Virus record (IMG/VR): IMGVR_UViG_3300034111_001103
Coordinates: 1-64,000 of that record
Direction: 5' to 3' (one strand)
DNA from: a virus
Length of the DNA: 64,000 nucleotides
Shown here one piece after another: positions 1 to 9,189 of this stretch. The notes beneath the pieces are model-generated. The model saw only the letters and a list, made by a program, of their open reading frames with translations, was not told the DNA's origin and did not search any database. The translations under genes were made by a program, and so were the position numbers. The first letter of the stretch is position 1; every line of letters begins with the position of its first letter.

Positions 1-259
1 CACCATTACCTACTACTAATAATCTATCTGTTGGCTCAAATGAAGTTGCGGATATTGGAGTATAGTCTGTATTTAAAGAACCTAATGATGTTTCTGAAAA
101 TGATTTTGCAGTTGTTTCAGTACCCATTGCAGTAGAATTAACTCCACTAGCAATAGCACCTAGACCACCCATAGCTATACTATTTAATCCTGTAGCACTT
201 TGAGGAGTAAAAGTTCCTGCATCATAGTTTTCAGAGTATAGGTAGTAAGAATCTCCTCC
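1..259 (+). repeat. Direct repeat copy 1 (partner 43351-43609)
   Basis: 1-121 identical to 43351-43471; 122-259 has 9 substitutions and no indels vs 43472-43609; similarity ends at poly-Gly codons. Confidence 0.97.
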
Positions 260-517
260 ACCTCCACTATCACAACCTACGATACTAGTATCAATTAAAT
301 CGGCTAAGTCCTGCATAGTATTTAATCCACCAATAGGGAAAGCAGTAGAATATAATTGCCAACTAGTTTCTGTATCTCGTATAAATATCCTATCTGAAAA
401 TAAAGTGTAAGTAGTATTACCAAGTAAAAATTGAGCAACTATTTCACTATCTTGATTAGTTAATGTCAATCTGCAATTATCTATCGATATATCTGTAATT
501 ATGTTACAACCTGACAT
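1..517 (-). CDS. Fibre/decoration protein, 5' part (runs off window; joins in frame to 43350-42938 if circular, 309 aa)
   Basis: Not in ORF track; ATG at 517 reads MSGCNIITDISIDNCRLTLTNQDSEIVAQF...GCDSGGGGDSYYLYSENYDAGTF...DRLLVVGNG; N-terminus paralogous to 41029..42126. Confidence 0.85.
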   Translation of the reverse strand, partial: MSGCNIITDISIDNCRLTLTNQDSEIVAQFLLGNTTYTLFSDRIFIRDTETSWQLYSTAFPIGGLNTMQDLADLIDTSIVGCDSGGGGDSYYLYSENYDAGTFTPQSATGLNSIAMGGLGAIASGVNSTAMGTETTAKSFSETSLGSLNTDYTPISATSFEPTDRLLVVGNG

Positions 518-532
518 ATTTAATATTGATTT

Positions 533-562
533 TAAAAAATAGGCTGAGATAAACCCAGCCTA
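533..562 (-). terminator. Intrinsic terminator after major capsid gene
   Basis: TAGGCTG...CAGCCTA stem followed by a T-run on the minus strand. Confidence 0.7.
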
Positions 563-592
563 TATATAAACAAAACAAACGAACTCTTTTTA

Positions 593-1684
593 TTATGATA
601 CTACTGCTGGACAGAAATTGAAATCTGAACAACTAATATCTCCACAACCTAATAGGTATTTCAATTTGAAGTTACCCTCCCCACCTGTACAAGTGTACTT
701 AGCAGTTGGAATATAGAATAAATCAAAATGTTTTGATAAAGTTACAGTCCATTGTCCACCATCTACACACGTATCAAACTCCATTGCATAATCATATTTA
801 ATTCCATTGATTACCATTGTAGTTCTTACTGAATTTTCTTTGAACCACTCCCAATTACCTGTATATCTGTAAGGCTCTATAATTTGGATAGCTCCTTTTG
901 CCCATGTAAGCGCCGCACATTCATTTAAAACTGCATCACTATTTGAATCATAGTAATATTGTAAGTCTGGTAATTGTGTTGCATCTAATCCTATTGCAGT
1001 ATTTCCGATTGATAATTTCAATAATTGATTGTACATTTTTAACCAACGACCACCTACTACCATATAGCCATCATTCGCACCGATACCATCATATTCAGCA
1101 TCTACGAGTGGGAATGTTGCTACATTCACAGCTCCAGAACTATTTACTAAGTTCAATGTTTTAGGACTTGTCAAAGATGAAGTTCCATCTGTGTAATTAC
1201 CCATTAAAGCATTCGCTCTTGATATTAATTCTTTGTCCATATCTCTTAAAACTGCTTTACTAGCTCTTTCAAGTTCTTTTGCCAAATAAGGGTCTTTATT
1301 ATAACAAACGTCCTCAAATTGAGCATTACTTAAAGTAAATTTCTTAGCTATATATCCGGTTACAGTTACATCTATTTGTTCATATTGCGCTCCACCCTCT
1401 GCAACTGGTGTACATGGGTTAGTATATGAATCACTTGTAGTATCTGTACAAAATGATTTTGGTATATTTACTCTTATTTTTGGGAATGAAGTATTAGGAA
1501 GTGCCTTATCTCTAAGTTCTTGCTCCATTTTCATCAAAATATCTTCGTAACCATTTCTGTTTTGATTACTTATTAAAGCGAAATATGCGCCTGAAGCATC
1601 TACATAATTTTCAGGCATACTTGGTTTTGCATTTAAGTCATATATTAGACTATTGCAAAGCGTTGCTACTGGTGTTACAGCCAT
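593..1684 (-). CDS. Major capsid protein (phage A), Cys-rich
   Basis: 363 aa, HK97-like size and features (E-loop-like GGAQYEQIDVTVTGYIAKKFTL, helix ELERASKAVLRDMDKELI), followed by a terminator. Confidence 0.7.
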   Translation of the reverse strand: MAVTPVATLCNSLIYDLNAKPSMPENYVDASGAYFALISNQNRNGYEDILMKMEQELRDKALPNTSFPKIRVNIPKSFCTDTTSDSYTNPCTPVAEGGAQYEQIDVTVTGYIAKKFTLSNAQFEDVCYNKDPYLAKELERASKAVLRDMDKELISRANALMGNYTDGTSSLTSPKTLNLVNSSGAVNVATFPLVDAEYDGIGANDGYMVVGGRWLKMYNQLLKLSIGNTAIGLDATQLPDLQYYYDSNSDAVLNECAALTWAKGAIQIIEPYRYTGNWEWFKENSVRTTMVINGIKYDYAMEFDTCVDGGQWTVTLSKHFDLFYIPTAKYTCTGGEGNFKLKYLLGCGDISCSDFNFCPAVVS

Positions 1685-1888
1685 TGTTTTTATATTTAAA
1701 AATTTGAATAATAATTTTTTTGTGTAATTGCAAAGGCTACAACCTCGAAAGTTATTTTAGAAAGGATAACCAACCTCAAAAAGATTTCATATTTCTATGA
1801 TAAAATTAAATATAATTGTTTTTTTTTAATTTGCAAGTTTTATTTAAAATATTTTTATTTTTTAAATATTTATTAATATATTTGCAAT

Positions 1889-2464
1889 ATGTTGAAATTC
1901 ATAAAAAAATACTTTAAAAAAGATAGAAAAGAATTAATAGGAAACAAAGATGTAATTCTTAAGTTAGTTTATACGGATGTGTTTAATAACAAATGGTATG
2001 CACCAGAAGAACTTAGCGATTATCCATTTATAAGACTTAACCAAATACAAACCTATTCAAGATATACAGAATTAAAACTAGATAATTCAAGGCTTGTTAA
2101 AATTGCAGATACTTGCATGGAAGCATTAAAAGAGGGTCGCAATCAAGATGCAATGATATTGATTAATGAGATTAAAGTAGCAGAGCAGTTGTTTTGTGAA
2201 AAGAATACATTATTAAAATTAGCAAGTTCAATGTTCTTGATAAATGATGAACGTGCAAATAGTTTAAATGAGCAAATAGAAGCACAAAAGATTGAAATAA
2301 TGCTCAATGATGCAGATGCAATGGCTTTTTTTTTGCCCATTGCTTACCAAACCTTACAAGGCTACAAAAACAACTCGGACTTGCAGGTAGTAGAATATTT
2401 ACAAAAGACACTTCCAATTATAGAAAGATTGAATTATCTTATATCGAATACTTCAATAGAGTAG
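1889..2464 (+). CDS. Putative tail assembly chaperone (gpG-like)
   Basis: Helical 191 aa protein with T9 slippery run at 2326-2334 leading into a long open -1 frame. Confidence 0.55.
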   Translation: MLKFIKKYFKKDRKELIGNKDVILKLVYTDVFNNKWYAPEELSDYPFIRLNQIQTYSRYTELKLDNSRLVKIADTCMEALKEGRNQDAMILINEIKVAEQLFCEKNTLLKLASSMFLINDERANSLNEQIEAQKIEIMLNDADAMAFFLPIAYQTLQGYKNNSDLQVVEYLQKTLPIIERLNYLISNTSIE

Positions 2465-2634
2465 TAGATGAAGTAAATATGAGCTTATTATCTATAAGTG
2501 AACACTCAAATATGAGTATAAGTGATTTGACATATAATGTTACTACTTTAGAGTTGTTTAGCTTATGGAATAGTATAATACATAAAGTCGAATTACAAAA
2601 TAAGGCAATAGAAGAACAAAATAATAAATTATAA
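2326..2634 (+). other. -1 programmed frameshift site and gpT-like extension
   Basis: GCT TTT TTT TTG; -1 frame is open from 2311 to TAA 2632-2634, ending ...VTTLELFSLWNSIIHKVELQNKAIEEQNNKL. Confidence 0.6.
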
Positions 2635-2670
2635 TTTTGTTTTTTCAAAAAGTTTATTATATTTAATACT

Positions 2671-3498
2671 ATGATAAATTGCTTTGAAAATATTATTGGT
2701 GTCATTGGATGCAAAGGAGCTGAATCTACTAGTGGACTTTATTTGAATGGAACGGAAGGAATCGAAGGTATTAGTATTAAAACGGCTTCACTAAGTGCAG
2801 ATAGTGAAACTATAACTGGACATGACCTATTAAAAGGATGTATAAAAAAAGCATCTACTGAAATTATTTTACAAGCAAGTGAAAAACTAAGTAGGTACTT
2901 TCAATTTAATACAATACTTGATAACTATACTTACTTAAATAACGGAGTAGTTACAACCAACCCACCTGCTTTATTGTTCCCATTCGATAGCTACAATCTT
3001 TATTCATGCTATTACATAGATACTTTAGTATTTAAAAGCTCTGATAGTCAAACTGCAATACTCACAATAAATGGAGTTAATCAAAATATTATTTTAGTTG
3101 CAAATACTGATTATGTTTTGCAAGTAAACAAAGAGTATTACGATAGCTTAACTATTCAAATAACAGGAACTAACATATATACAAATACATCATTCTTTAA
3201 CGGCATCATACAAAAAAGATGTAGTGAAGATAAGTTTTGGTGTATGTATAAAAAGGAATTAGCCATGCCTATAAAGTATTTAGCTGGTTCAATGTTCTTT
3301 GCTGAAGTAATCAATAGTGATAGATATAACCTAGTTACTTTTACAAATAAAGAATTAGCTAGTGATAATTATACTCGATGCGATGCAATGGCTAAAAAAT
3401 ATTTAACATCTGCTATTGAAAAAATAAAAAATTCAATACCTAATAGTTGCGGATGTTTGAAATGTACTGATATTAATTATTCATACGCTAAACCTTAA
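2671..3498 (+). CDS. Cys-rich virion protein, possible head-tail adaptor
   Basis: 275 aa, 10 Cys, helical C-terminus (LAMPIKYLAGSMFFAE...) typical of connector proteins; among morphogenesis genes. Confidence 0.45.
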   Translation: MINCFENIIGVIGCKGAESTSGLYLNGTEGIEGISIKTASLSADSETITGHDLLKGCIKKASTEIILQASEKLSRYFQFNTILDNYTYLNNGVVTTNPPALLFPFDSYNLYSCYYIDTLVFKSSDSQTAILTINGVNQNIILVANTDYVLQVNKEYYDSLTIQITGTNIYTNTSFFNGIIQKRCSEDKFWCMYKKELAMPIKYLAGSMFFAEVINSDRYNLVTFTNKELASDNYTRCDAMAKKYLTSAIEKIKNSIPNSCGCLKCTDINYSYAKP

Positions 3499-3501
3499 TA
3501 A

Positions 3502-3765
3502 ATGATTTGTTGTGATACATATATAGACTTAGGATGCCTTAATGGTTGCGCTCCATTGGATTTTGGATTAGCTACTATGGATGGTGTATATACTTTACTT
3601 TTAGAATACAACGACGCTGTAAGTTTTTATGAACTTGATGTATTGACTGGTGAGCAATTAGAATTTGATGTAAAATTAAATGAAAGCTACTTTTATACTG
3701 CAAAATTAATAGACCCTGATGGTGATTCTGTTTGCTATAAATTTAAAACTAAAATATATGTTTAA
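3502..3765 (+). CDS. Small Cys-rich beta-rich putative virion protein
   Basis: MICCDTYIDLGCLNGC; coupled to neighbours. Confidence 0.55.
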   Translation: MICCDTYIDLGCLNGCAPLDFGLATMDGVYTLLLEYNDAVSFYELDVLTGEQLEFDVKLNESYFYTAKLIDPDGDSVCYKFKTKIYV

Positions 3766-4069
3766 TAGTTTATTTCTTATACTATTCACTTATTGTCTTT
3801 CTACTATTATAGATGAATTTATGAATCCAAACATGATATTGAATTTGTATTATACATGGCTTACTAAAATAGGTAATGTAGTAAATGATGAGTTAGGCAA
3901 TGTTATAAGTGCAAAATGGTTTATTTATCCGATTGGATTTTGTAAAATTTGCACGAATATTTGGCTAACTTTCTTTATATGCTTATTCGCTTGTTTATTT
4001 GGCTATATCGAGACTTTTTATATACTTCCTATATTAGTATTTAGTAATTATCTTACTATTAAATTTTAA
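3758..4069 (+). CDS. Three-TM membrane protein with CxxC (PIGFCKICTNIW); DUF1360/VKOR-like motif
   Basis: Start moved to ATG 3758 overlapping the upstream stop; hydrophobic segments; C62-K-I-C65 at the start of the second helix. Confidence 0.55.
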   Translation: MFNSLFLILFTYCLSTIIDEFMNPNMILNLYYTWLTKIGNVVNDELGNVISAKWFIYPIGFCKICTNIWLTFFICLFACLFGYIETFYILPILVFSNYLTIKF

Positions 4070-4305
4070 GGACATTTATAAGCCTTGCATAATTGCTTAG
4101 GAGTGTAATAAGTCTTTTTAATAACTGCCACTCCATTATTATCTGTGAATGTTTCTGTATATGGATATGTAATTTTATACAATCCGTTATCTTTCATATT
4201 TTTATATGTACACTCATCACAATCTTTTGAGCATGAACATAAATAAACTATCAAAGTAAATAAGAATAAAAAATGAATAACCAAAGTAATAAATAATCGT
4301 TTCAT
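4066..4305 (-). CDS. Lipoprotein (superinfection-exclusion or spanin candidate)
   Basis: MKR + hydrophobic stretch + lipobox-like LCSC; own TAnnTTTG promoter near 4323-4330 (minus). Confidence 0.6.
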   Translation of the reverse strand: MKRLFITLVIHFLFLFTLIVYLCSCSKDCDECTYKNMKDNGLYKITYPYTETFTDNNGVAVIKKTYYTPKQLCKAYKCP

Positions 4306-4342
4306 ATTGTTTAATATTTTTACAAATATGTAAATATTTTAA

Positions 4343-4768
4343 TTAACAACAACATGGTTTTTCAATTTCACAATTATTAAAGTGTCCAAACAAGTTAAAC
4401 TCAAACGTGTTTACTATTAGATTTGTTCTAATATATTCCTCTGTAAAATTAGTTATAGTAAATTTAGCATTGCTTATACTTCCAGTATCTTGTAGTTTAG
4501 TATCTAAGAATGCACGTAGCAACCAAGCTGTATAAGAACATTGAGTAATAAATTTAAAAGTATAATTTTGATTTACTTTATTTATATCACAACTTATCTG
4601 CTCAAATTCTGCATCACTTTTAATAGCAAAAAAATAGTTCCCTTTGCCATCCTCAATTCCTACTTCATCAAGTGACTTTTCTTTGTAGTATCTTCCATCT
4701 TTTTCAAATACAACTCCGTAATTATCAAAGTCCTCAATTACTATCTTATCAATAATTTCTCCAAACAT
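4343..4768 (-). CDS. Putative tail completion/terminator protein
   Basis: 141 aa, position in morphogenesis operon, ends CEIEKPCCC. Confidence 0.4.
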   Translation of the reverse strand: MFGEIIDKIVIEDFDNYGVVFEKDGRYYKEKSLDEVGIEDGKGNYFFAIKSDAEFEQISCDINKVNQNYTFKFITQCSYTAWLLRAFLDTKLQDTGSISNAKFTITNFTEEYIRTNLIVNTFEFNLFGHFNNCEIEKPCCC

Positions 4769-4780
4769 GATTCTATAATT

Positions 4781-5254
4781 TTATTTGCTAGTAAATTCTG
4801 CAACTTTTCTATTGATGAATTTTGTACCAATCTCAATTGCTTTTTGTTTTTCGCTTTCTTTTGGTGAAAATGTTTCTCCATATTGTTTATCTAAGTATTC
4901 AGATACTTTAACTGTATTTTGTCCTGTTGGATATTTAACATCTGAAACTGCTATATATGTATTGCCTTTATCTTGAACTTGTTTTGTGCTTCCGAATAAT
5001 GTGCCACTTGCATATAAATTTACTTTTGATGCTAACTTAGCCCCATACTTTTTTTCTTTTGCCTTTGCATAAGCTGGTGTATAAGTTCCTAAATTAGTAC
5101 CAAAGCTATTCTCACTACCTTGTTGATTATTGAATATTCTTTTTGTCATAGTTCCAAGCATTGCACCACTTACAAGCACTTGCATTTCTTGTTGTGATTC
5201 TTGAATGAACTTTGCCATTTTATTAAGATATTCAATTACATCATCTGGTTTCAT
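4781..5254 (-). CDS. Putative neck/tail-completion protein (Mu gpG/HK97 gp10-like)
   Basis: LGTYTPAYAKAK...VNLYASGTLFGS motif typical of virion morphogenesis proteins. Confidence 0.55.
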   Translation of the reverse strand: MKPDDVIEYLNKMAKFIQESQQEMQVLVSGAMLGTMTKRIFNNQQGSENSFGTNLGTYTPAYAKAKEKKYGAKLASKVNLYASGTLFGSTKQVQDKGNTYIAVSDVKYPTGQNTVKVSEYLDKQYGETFSPKESEKQKAIEIGTKFINRKVAEFTSK

Positions 5255-5364
5255 TTGATACTTATTACAATAGTATTTGCATTAGGTTTTACCACTCCTA
5301 AGCTATTTGTTTTAATTTGCTTAGGTGTGCTTACTACATTTTTATTCGTTCCACAACATCCCAT
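5251..5364 (-). CDS. 37 aa MGCCG microprotein
   Basis: Fills the gap exactly: starts 2 nt after the scaffold stop, its TGA overlaps the next ATG (ATGA). Confidence 0.6.
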   Translation of the reverse strand: MGCCGTNKNVVSTPKQIKTNSLGVVKPNANTIVISIK

Positions 5365-5366
5365 AG

Positions 5367-6152
5367 TTATTGATTTGTTTTAGCTTCTAATTCTTTTATT
5401 CTAGCTTCAGCAATAGGATTAAGTTTTACTGCTCCTGCTGGTGGTGTAAATGGTTGTCCATTGTTTGCAGGTGGATTTTGTCCGCCCCCATTTGACTTTT
5501 GATTATATGGTTCTAGTACTGCCGAAAATACTCCATCTAAATCATTTAATTGATATGTTTTATCACCTATTTGTGGTAATAATCCTGTTTCTTTTTGCTT
5601 TACTATTACAGATTTCTTTTCACCATCATATCCTAATTCCAAACCCATTGACTGCAGTTTACTTTTACCAATTAATATTCTATCCTCAATTGGTAAGATG
5701 CTTTTTTCTAATTTAGATGCACTAGTATTTAAAGCCAAATCTATGTAAACTTGATTTACTTTGCTTTGCTCTTCAACTCTTATTGCAGGGATTATTTCCT
5801 TTTCAAATTGAATTAATTTACCCTCTGCATCTGCTAGTTTTGTTTGTAATTCTTGAGCAGTTAATTCACTATTACTTATTAATTGCTTTCTGCCTTTTTC
5901 AAGTAAACTATCTACATTGTCAGTATCTTCAATAGTTACTCCAAGTATCTTAGCTATTTTCTTTTCAGCTACTTTTATAGCTCCTAATTTTTCTTTATCT
6001 GCTATTGCTTTGTAATTTGCTGGATTGTTTATTACGGATTCTTTTATTGAATCTTTGTAAGTGTCTGCAATTTCTTGTTGTTCTTCAGCCGTTCCACTTG
6101 TTGCCTTTGTAATTTGGTCTTCACTTAGACCTAGTAGTTTTAAAAATTCCAT
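5367..6152 (-). CDS. Capsid scaffolding protein
   Basis: MEFLKLLGLSEDQI start, coiled coil, Gly/Pro/Asn-rich C-terminal linker; no Cys. Confidence 0.7.
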   Translation of the reverse strand: MEFLKLLGLSEDQITKATSGTAEEQQEIADTYKDSIKESVINNPANYKAIADKEKLGAIKVAEKKIAKILGVTIEDTDNVDSLLEKGRKQLISNSELTAQELQTKLADAEGKLIQFEKEIIPAIRVEEQSKVNQVYIDLALNTSASKLEKSILPIEDRILIGKSKLQSMGLELGYDGEKKSVIVKQKETGLLPQIGDKTYQLNDLDGVFSAVLEPYNQKSNGGGQNPPANNGQPFTPPAGAVKLNPIAEARIKELEAKTNQ

Positions 6153-6179
6153 TTGTTTTTTTTGTTTATGATTAAAAAA

Positions 6180-6617
6180 TTATTTTTTAGCTGGTCTGCC
6201 TGATTTCTTTTTAGGTGTTATTGTTTCTTCTTTGGATTCTTTTATTGCATCTTCTATCGATTGGTTTCTGTCTATGCCTCGTGTACCTTTAAAATGGTTG
6301 TCAAAACCAATAGGTTCTCTTTTTTCTAACTCTTCTAAAATATCATTAATAGGTTCTTCTGTAGTTTCAATAGGTGATTCTACTTCATCTAAATTGATGC
6401 CTTTAGTAGCCAAATATTCTCTTACTCCTTGTTCATCTAAGTACTCCCAATCATTTGTATTGAATTTTACAACCTTATCAAATTGTATTGTTTTAGGATA
6501 ACTTACAATAGCTATCACATTTTTACGCTTGTCAAATAATACCTTTTCGTTTCCTTTGATTTCATCAACTTGATTCGGATTTTCAAGTGTCTTTAATTTT
6601 TTTAATAGTTCTATCAT
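6180..6617 (-). CDS. Hypothetical protein with acidic middle and KKSGRPAKK tail
   Basis: ORF in operon. Confidence 0.6.
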   Translation of the reverse strand: MIELLKKLKTLENPNQVDEIKGNEKVLFDKRKNVIAIVSYPKTIQFDKVVKFNTNDWEYLDEQGVREYLATKGINLDEVESPIETTEEPINDILEELEKREPIGFDNHFKGTRGIDRNQSIEDAIKESKEETITPKKKSGRPAKK

Positions 6618-6691
6618 TGTGTTTTATTTATGAGTTTTTTAAATATAACATTTTAAAAACAAAATGCAAATATTTTTTATAGTTTATAAAA

Positions 6692-7522
6692 TTATATCAA
6701 AGTGCCATAAGCCTTATGTATGCAATTATAACCACCTCTATTACGGATAAATTCGCTTACTGTTTTAGTTGGAACTATCATACCTTGTCCAAATCCTTTG
6801 GGGTCTTTATCTGCTTTATTTAGTAATAACAATAACTCTTCATTACTTATTTCAGCTTTGTAAGTGTCTATTATTTTTGTGCATATAGGTCTTGAACGCT
6901 CAATTAAAATGTTTGGAGTGTATATAATTCCATTTAATCCTAATTCATCGTAAATACCTGCGTTTAACTCACCAGTGTATTGATATAAACTATCCTGTGC
7001 AACTTGTTTAGTGTATTTGTATAAGTCGCCTGTATCATCTGTTGCATCAAAGTACTTTTCTAAATTAGCTTTTAACTCTAATACTGATACATTATTTTTT
7101 AATGAATTATATATTAAACTTTGCACTCGATTAACCACATTTACTTCGTAACCACCAGCTGTTAAACCCTCATAAAATATTCCTGTATTGTTTAGTAGCT
7201 TGTTAGTCACATTAGATGCAACCTTATTGCCAAGCTCCTTATTGATTGTAATATCTTTACTTGCTACTCCTTTGCTATTATCTACAAACTTTAAAACATT
7301 TGCTTTGTAGTTAGTTTTTATTGTGGCTTGTATAACGTATTCTCTTATAAGATTAACTAAGTTATCATTGTATTGAACTTGTCCATCTTTTACATCGATT
7401 TTACCTAATATCTTTTTGTAAACTTCATCATAAACCTCGTTAAAATCTCCTACGATTGATTTTAAAAAGTCTTTGATTACATCACTAGATTCTTGTTGGC
7501 TCTCTTGGAATAATTTTTTCAT
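6692..7522 (-). CDS. Minor head protein (SPP1 gp7/Mu F-like)
   Basis: Follows portal; SRPIC...NRGGYNCIH C-terminal motif. Confidence 0.7.
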   Translation of the reverse strand: MKKLFQESQQESSDVIKDFLKSIVGDFNEVYDEVYKKILGKIDVKDGQVQYNDNLVNLIREYVIQATIKTNYKANVLKFVDNSKGVASKDITINKELGNKVASNVTNKLLNNTGIFYEGLTAGGYEVNVVNRVQSLIYNSLKNNVSVLELKANLEKYFDATDDTGDLYKYTKQVAQDSLYQYTGELNAGIYDELGLNGIIYTPNILIERSRPICTKIIDTYKAEISNEELLLLLNKADKDPKGFGQGMIVPTKTVSEFIRNRGGYNCIHKAYGTLI

Positions 7523-9188
7523 AAGCCAAAGTTACAAGTTCTGAATTTGTTTTGCTCATATTACTTTCAACTTCTAGTAATTCACTTAACCATTTGTAGC
7601 CGTTCATGTGAAATTCAAAAGCATTATTATCTAATCTTTGCATAGCCTGTAGTGTAGATAAATCTTGTAATGAATAATCATAGTAAATATCATTCTCGAT
7701 AAGTATTTCTAATATTCTTTTTTCATTACCATCATACTCCATTTCTACATACTCCAGTGATAATGGCTTTGCAAGGCTTTTATTTACTGCATTTAATTCA
7801 GTTATTTCTTTTACTACACTTTCTTTGTTTCGTATTTCGTAACGTATAGGCTCAATTACTCTTACTTCAGTATCATCAAATTTATATTTAGATATACATT
7901 TAACTGAAAACTCTAATAAGCTAAATAAATTATTACCTATTACAGAAATAAAATCACGTTTTTGTTCTCTATCAATTTCTTTTGCAACTCCACTTTGATT
8001 ATCAAATGACTGATAAATAGATATTGATTGTTCTGCTTTATCCATCATTTCATACCAATATTCTTTATTGATAGCTATTGCATCCATTGGCGGTGAATAG
8101 TATCTTATTGTTGGTATATCGGTTGCCACTTCTCCATTGATAGGATTTGGTGGTGATTTTAATATTTCACTATAAGGTGATAATGCTATCTCAACCCCTA
8201 AGCCATTGCAATTAGGACATCTTATGTCTTTGCAATCGTTATTATTACAATTTGGCTCTGGTATTTCTTTTCTACCTTTACAAGTATTACATACTGTTGC
8301 TAATCTTTCTGTAACTGGAAAACCATATCTAACTTTAACTGCATCGGTTTCACTTGATGCAATTATAGCTTTATTTGCCCATGAATTATATGCTGTAAAG
8401 TAAGTATCAAATAATCTATATTCTTTATTTACTTTTTTATTTTTTTCTTTTACTTCTGCACTTTTAATTGTGTCTAAACCGCCTAAAACTCTAAATGGTA
8501 TAAATCCAAAGTTATGATTATAGTATGGTCTTAACTCATATATTAATTCATTTTTATCATTGAATTTTGTAGGGTGGTATATCCAAATATCTGTATCGTT
8601 TACTATTTTGTAAATTATACATTCTACTTCATCTACATAAGTTGTTTTATAATTATAGACTAAGATATTTTCATCTATGTATCGAATATTTTTGCTTGGT
8701 ATATATTTGATTTCAATATCTACTTCACTTGTTTTATCTACGTTATCAGGGATGTCATTTTTATCAAATGGATTAACCGCTTCAACAAATATTACAGCGT
8801 TTGGGTCTTCCGTATTTAATTGCAAAAAAGACTTAAATATCAAATCATAAATATTTAATTTATTGATTGATACAACGCTTTCAAATTTCTTTTCTTTTAG
8901 ATATTCTTTGATGTTATCACTACAAATTAACTTATAATCACTTTGTTTAATTAAGTGATAAGTTGAATTTAAAGCCTTTAAAATAGGGTCTTTTGTAATA
9001 GGAAAATAAGTATCAACTCGATACTTAATTATTTCTTTTGGCTCGTTTGGTCTATTGATTTCTAGTAGTTCTTTTGGTTGCTCACCTCTAGTGTGAACTA
9101 TCATGCTATTATAGATAGAAACCCACAACTTTCTCAATTGTGGGTCTATCTCTAAATTTGTATATTTTAATAGTTCCTCAACTAGCAT
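7485..9188 (-). CDS. Portal protein with inserted DnaJ-type Zn finger
   Basis: 567 aa; HNFGFIPFRVLGG and QSGVAKEIDRE portal motifs; CNTCKG...CPNCNGLG insert. Confidence 0.8.
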   Translation of the reverse strand: MLVEELLKYTNLEIDPQLRKLWVSIYNSMIVHTRGEQPKELLEINRPNEPKEIIKYRVDTYFPITKDPILKALNSTYHLIKQSDYKLICSDNIKEYLKEKKFESVVSINKLNIYDLIFKSFLQLNTEDPNAVIFVEAVNPFDKNDIPDNVDKTSEVDIEIKYIPSKNIRYIDENILVYNYKTTYVDEVECIIYKIVNDTDIWIYHPTKFNDKNELIYELRPYYNHNFGFIPFRVLGGLDTIKSAEVKEKNKKVNKEYRLFDTYFTAYNSWANKAIIASSETDAVKVRYGFPVTERLATVCNTCKGRKEIPEPNCNNNDCKDIRCPNCNGLGVEIALSPYSEILKSPPNPINGEVATDIPTIRYYSPPMDAIAINKEYWYEMMDKAEQSISIYQSFDNQSGVAKEIDREQKRDFISVIGNNLFSLLEFSVKCISKYKFDDTEVRVIEPIRYEIRNKESVVKEITELNAVNKSLAKPLSLEYVEMEYDGNEKRILEILIENDIYYDYSLQDLSTLQAMQRLDNNAFEFHMNGYKWLSELLEVESNMSKTNSELVTLAYEKIIPREPTRI

Positions 9189-9189
9189 A

